Assembly (NCBI RefSeq): GCF_964355755.1
Contig: NC_092673.1
Span: 12,434,948-12,498,947, forward strand
DNA length: 64,000 bases
DNA from: Antedon mediterranea
Lineage: Eukaryota; Animalia; Echinodermata
Direction: 5' to 3'
Position 1 is the first letter of the stretch. Every line of letters begins with the position of its first letter. Shown piece by piece: positions 62,201 to 64,000 of this stretch. Position numbers and translations under genes: made by a program. The notes under the pieces were generated by a model, which did not search any database, had not been told where the DNA came from, and was given only the letters and a program-made list of their open reading frames with translations.

Positions 62201-63726
62201 ACGTACAGGCAGTTCCAAGGGACCAAATTTTTTGTTTACAGGAGAGACTTTGCTAATTAAGAAGAAAAATGAATTTCTGACCAACAAAGTAAACAAGCAA
62301 CGATTTCTTCATTTGCTGAGTTTACATCTTGAAAAGGCAGGTTATACAACAATTCATGCCAAAGGAGATGCAGATATCCTAATTGTCAAGACAGCAGTTG
62401 AGTCAGCAAGGGAGTTCTTGTTGGTGACGATCTGATTTGCTAATCCTGCTTTGCTATTATGGAGATACAATTGAGAAGGACCTTTTTTATACCAGAAATA
62501 AAGACCAACACCAAAAAGCACAAGGTATGGAACATACAGAAAACAGTGATGATCTTGGGGAATAAATTATGTTCCAGACTTTTCTTTGTGCATGCTTTAC
62601 TTGGATGCGACACAACGTCGAGAGTATTTGGTATAGATCGGAAATGTAGCACTGAAGCAAGTCCAGAACAGTGTTGATTTCCAGCAATTTTCTGACCTGG
62701 TTACAAAAGAGGTTCTGTGAGAAGGTGGCAAAGAGTAGCACATGTGTTGAACCACAGACATTGCCTTTGTAATCTGCAGCTACACAATACCATAGTCTGC
62801 GAGTATATTTTCAGATACAAACATGGAAAGAAACTGCTGCACAAATGAAAGCAGAAGAATGGAGATGGAAGGTAACTAATGGACAACTGCTGCCACACAC
62901 ATCTCCCGGCTGCACCTGAAAAGTTGATCAAGATAAATCAGATGTAACTGCAAAACTGGTTGCAGTACTAGCAGATGCACTTGTAAACTATATTCAATTA
63001 GTTGTACATGGATATGTGGGGTGTGCAAAGGTTCCAGTTGCACAAACTCTTCTTCAGTAGATATAGATGATCTCAGTGATAATGATTGATATGCTTTACA
63101 ACATTTGAAATTCCAGAATCATAAAGTGCTTTATTTATTCCCGATTATTTTTAAACAGGTAAAATCAAGAACAATATTACAGTTTAGATGATCCGAATTT
63201 GCCTAAATTATATGCAAATTTGATTTAAATTTTAAAATCAAGGTGGTTCTTTAGACATTGTTTTATTGAATCCAAATTTAAGATCCTCGTTGCGTGATTA
63301 CTGTATGAAGGAGCTAATTACAAATTATACATAATCCTATTAATGTTATTAATATGCATATTTTCATTTCGAAAATTCACTATTAAAACAAAAATACGAC
63401 ATTTGGAATGTTAATTTTGAATAATATGCAAATTTATTCTAATTTATTCCTAACGCGTGTTTAATCTTTTTATTGATCATGAAAATGTGAGTTTTACTGC
63501 TTAGTTTGATTGAATTGCAGCATTTTATGCACATTTATAAAGAAAATAGATTAATTCATCATGAAAAAAGGCTAATTTGCATATTATGCAAATTAGACAA
63601 ATTTCCCATGTTGGGATTTTGGGGGACTTTTAGTATAGTGTTTAGGGGACCATACTAAAATGTATTGTAGTAAAAAAAATTCTTTTGCAATTAGTGGTGG
63701 GTGAAGGTACTATTTTGACTGGACTA
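59217..63726 (+). mobile_element. Academ DNA transposon with both TIRs
   Basis: TAGTCCAGTCAA...TTGACTGGACTA termini; ~160-bp imperfect TIRs; 3-bp TSD TAA; Academ transposase, XPG-like nuclease and Cys-cluster motifs inside. Confidence 0.88.
60239..63089 (+). pseudogene. Academ transposase / XPG-like nuclease / C-terminal Cys cluster, frameshifted
   Basis: ITFDQPLWWKA, LRLEGLHMEMSFLGCIG, HMLSGKAISRAVRGHLLVD, AAAGHNLYTKS, STDLIIEQVLMRS; then YVLDCGALLQRL, IVFDGY, HAKGDADILIV, HALLGCDTTSR and IRCNCKTGCSTSRCTC..CGVCKGSSCTN. Confidence 0.85.
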
Positions 63727-64000
63727 TAATATGATGACGTCTTAAACAAATATGAATGATCGACATTCTCGTAAAAGAATGTTCAAAGCAAAGAATACCT
63801 CTATGAAGAATGTAATGATATTTAAAAGGAAGAATGAGCTTGATGTGTGTGTTCTTTGAATGTGACAATTAATTCTGGTTTTTTATTCATTCTGTCAACG
63901 TTATAATTTCACGGAGGGCAAATTTGTACATGCATTCATATCTATAATGGTTTGTTTAGGTGTTTTTCTTTGATGAAGTTGTTGAATGTAAATGAATAAG

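Overview
This is AT-rich eukaryotic (animal, probably marine invertebrate) genomic DNA, with spliceosomal GT-AG introns and no intact conventional host gene. It is a dense, nested field of transposable elements. Retroelements: an inverted Penelope-like element with a hammerhead ribozyme motif, a young near-full-length Ty1/copia LTR element, an RTEX-like LINE, two tRNA-derived SINE copies and a Gypsy scrap. DNA transposons: Sola2, Academ, Kolobok, hAT, Harbinger, Sola1-like, a Helitron-type PIF1 helicase remnant and many MITEs. The most unusual structure is the 3' end of an unknown gene, amplified at several scales: a 21-nt coding repeat inside phase-0 exons, ~220-bp exon+intron tandem units, a ~1.86-kb tandem triplication and a dispersed fourth copy. 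Other notable signals are two SINE copies inserted at the same 9-nt target (CAT^TACACA), a 2.1-kb insertion with CACAGTG termini and no canonical TSD, and a copia gag start codon in the LTR that the 5' LTR has lost. All family assignments come from motif recognition by eye, not database searches.
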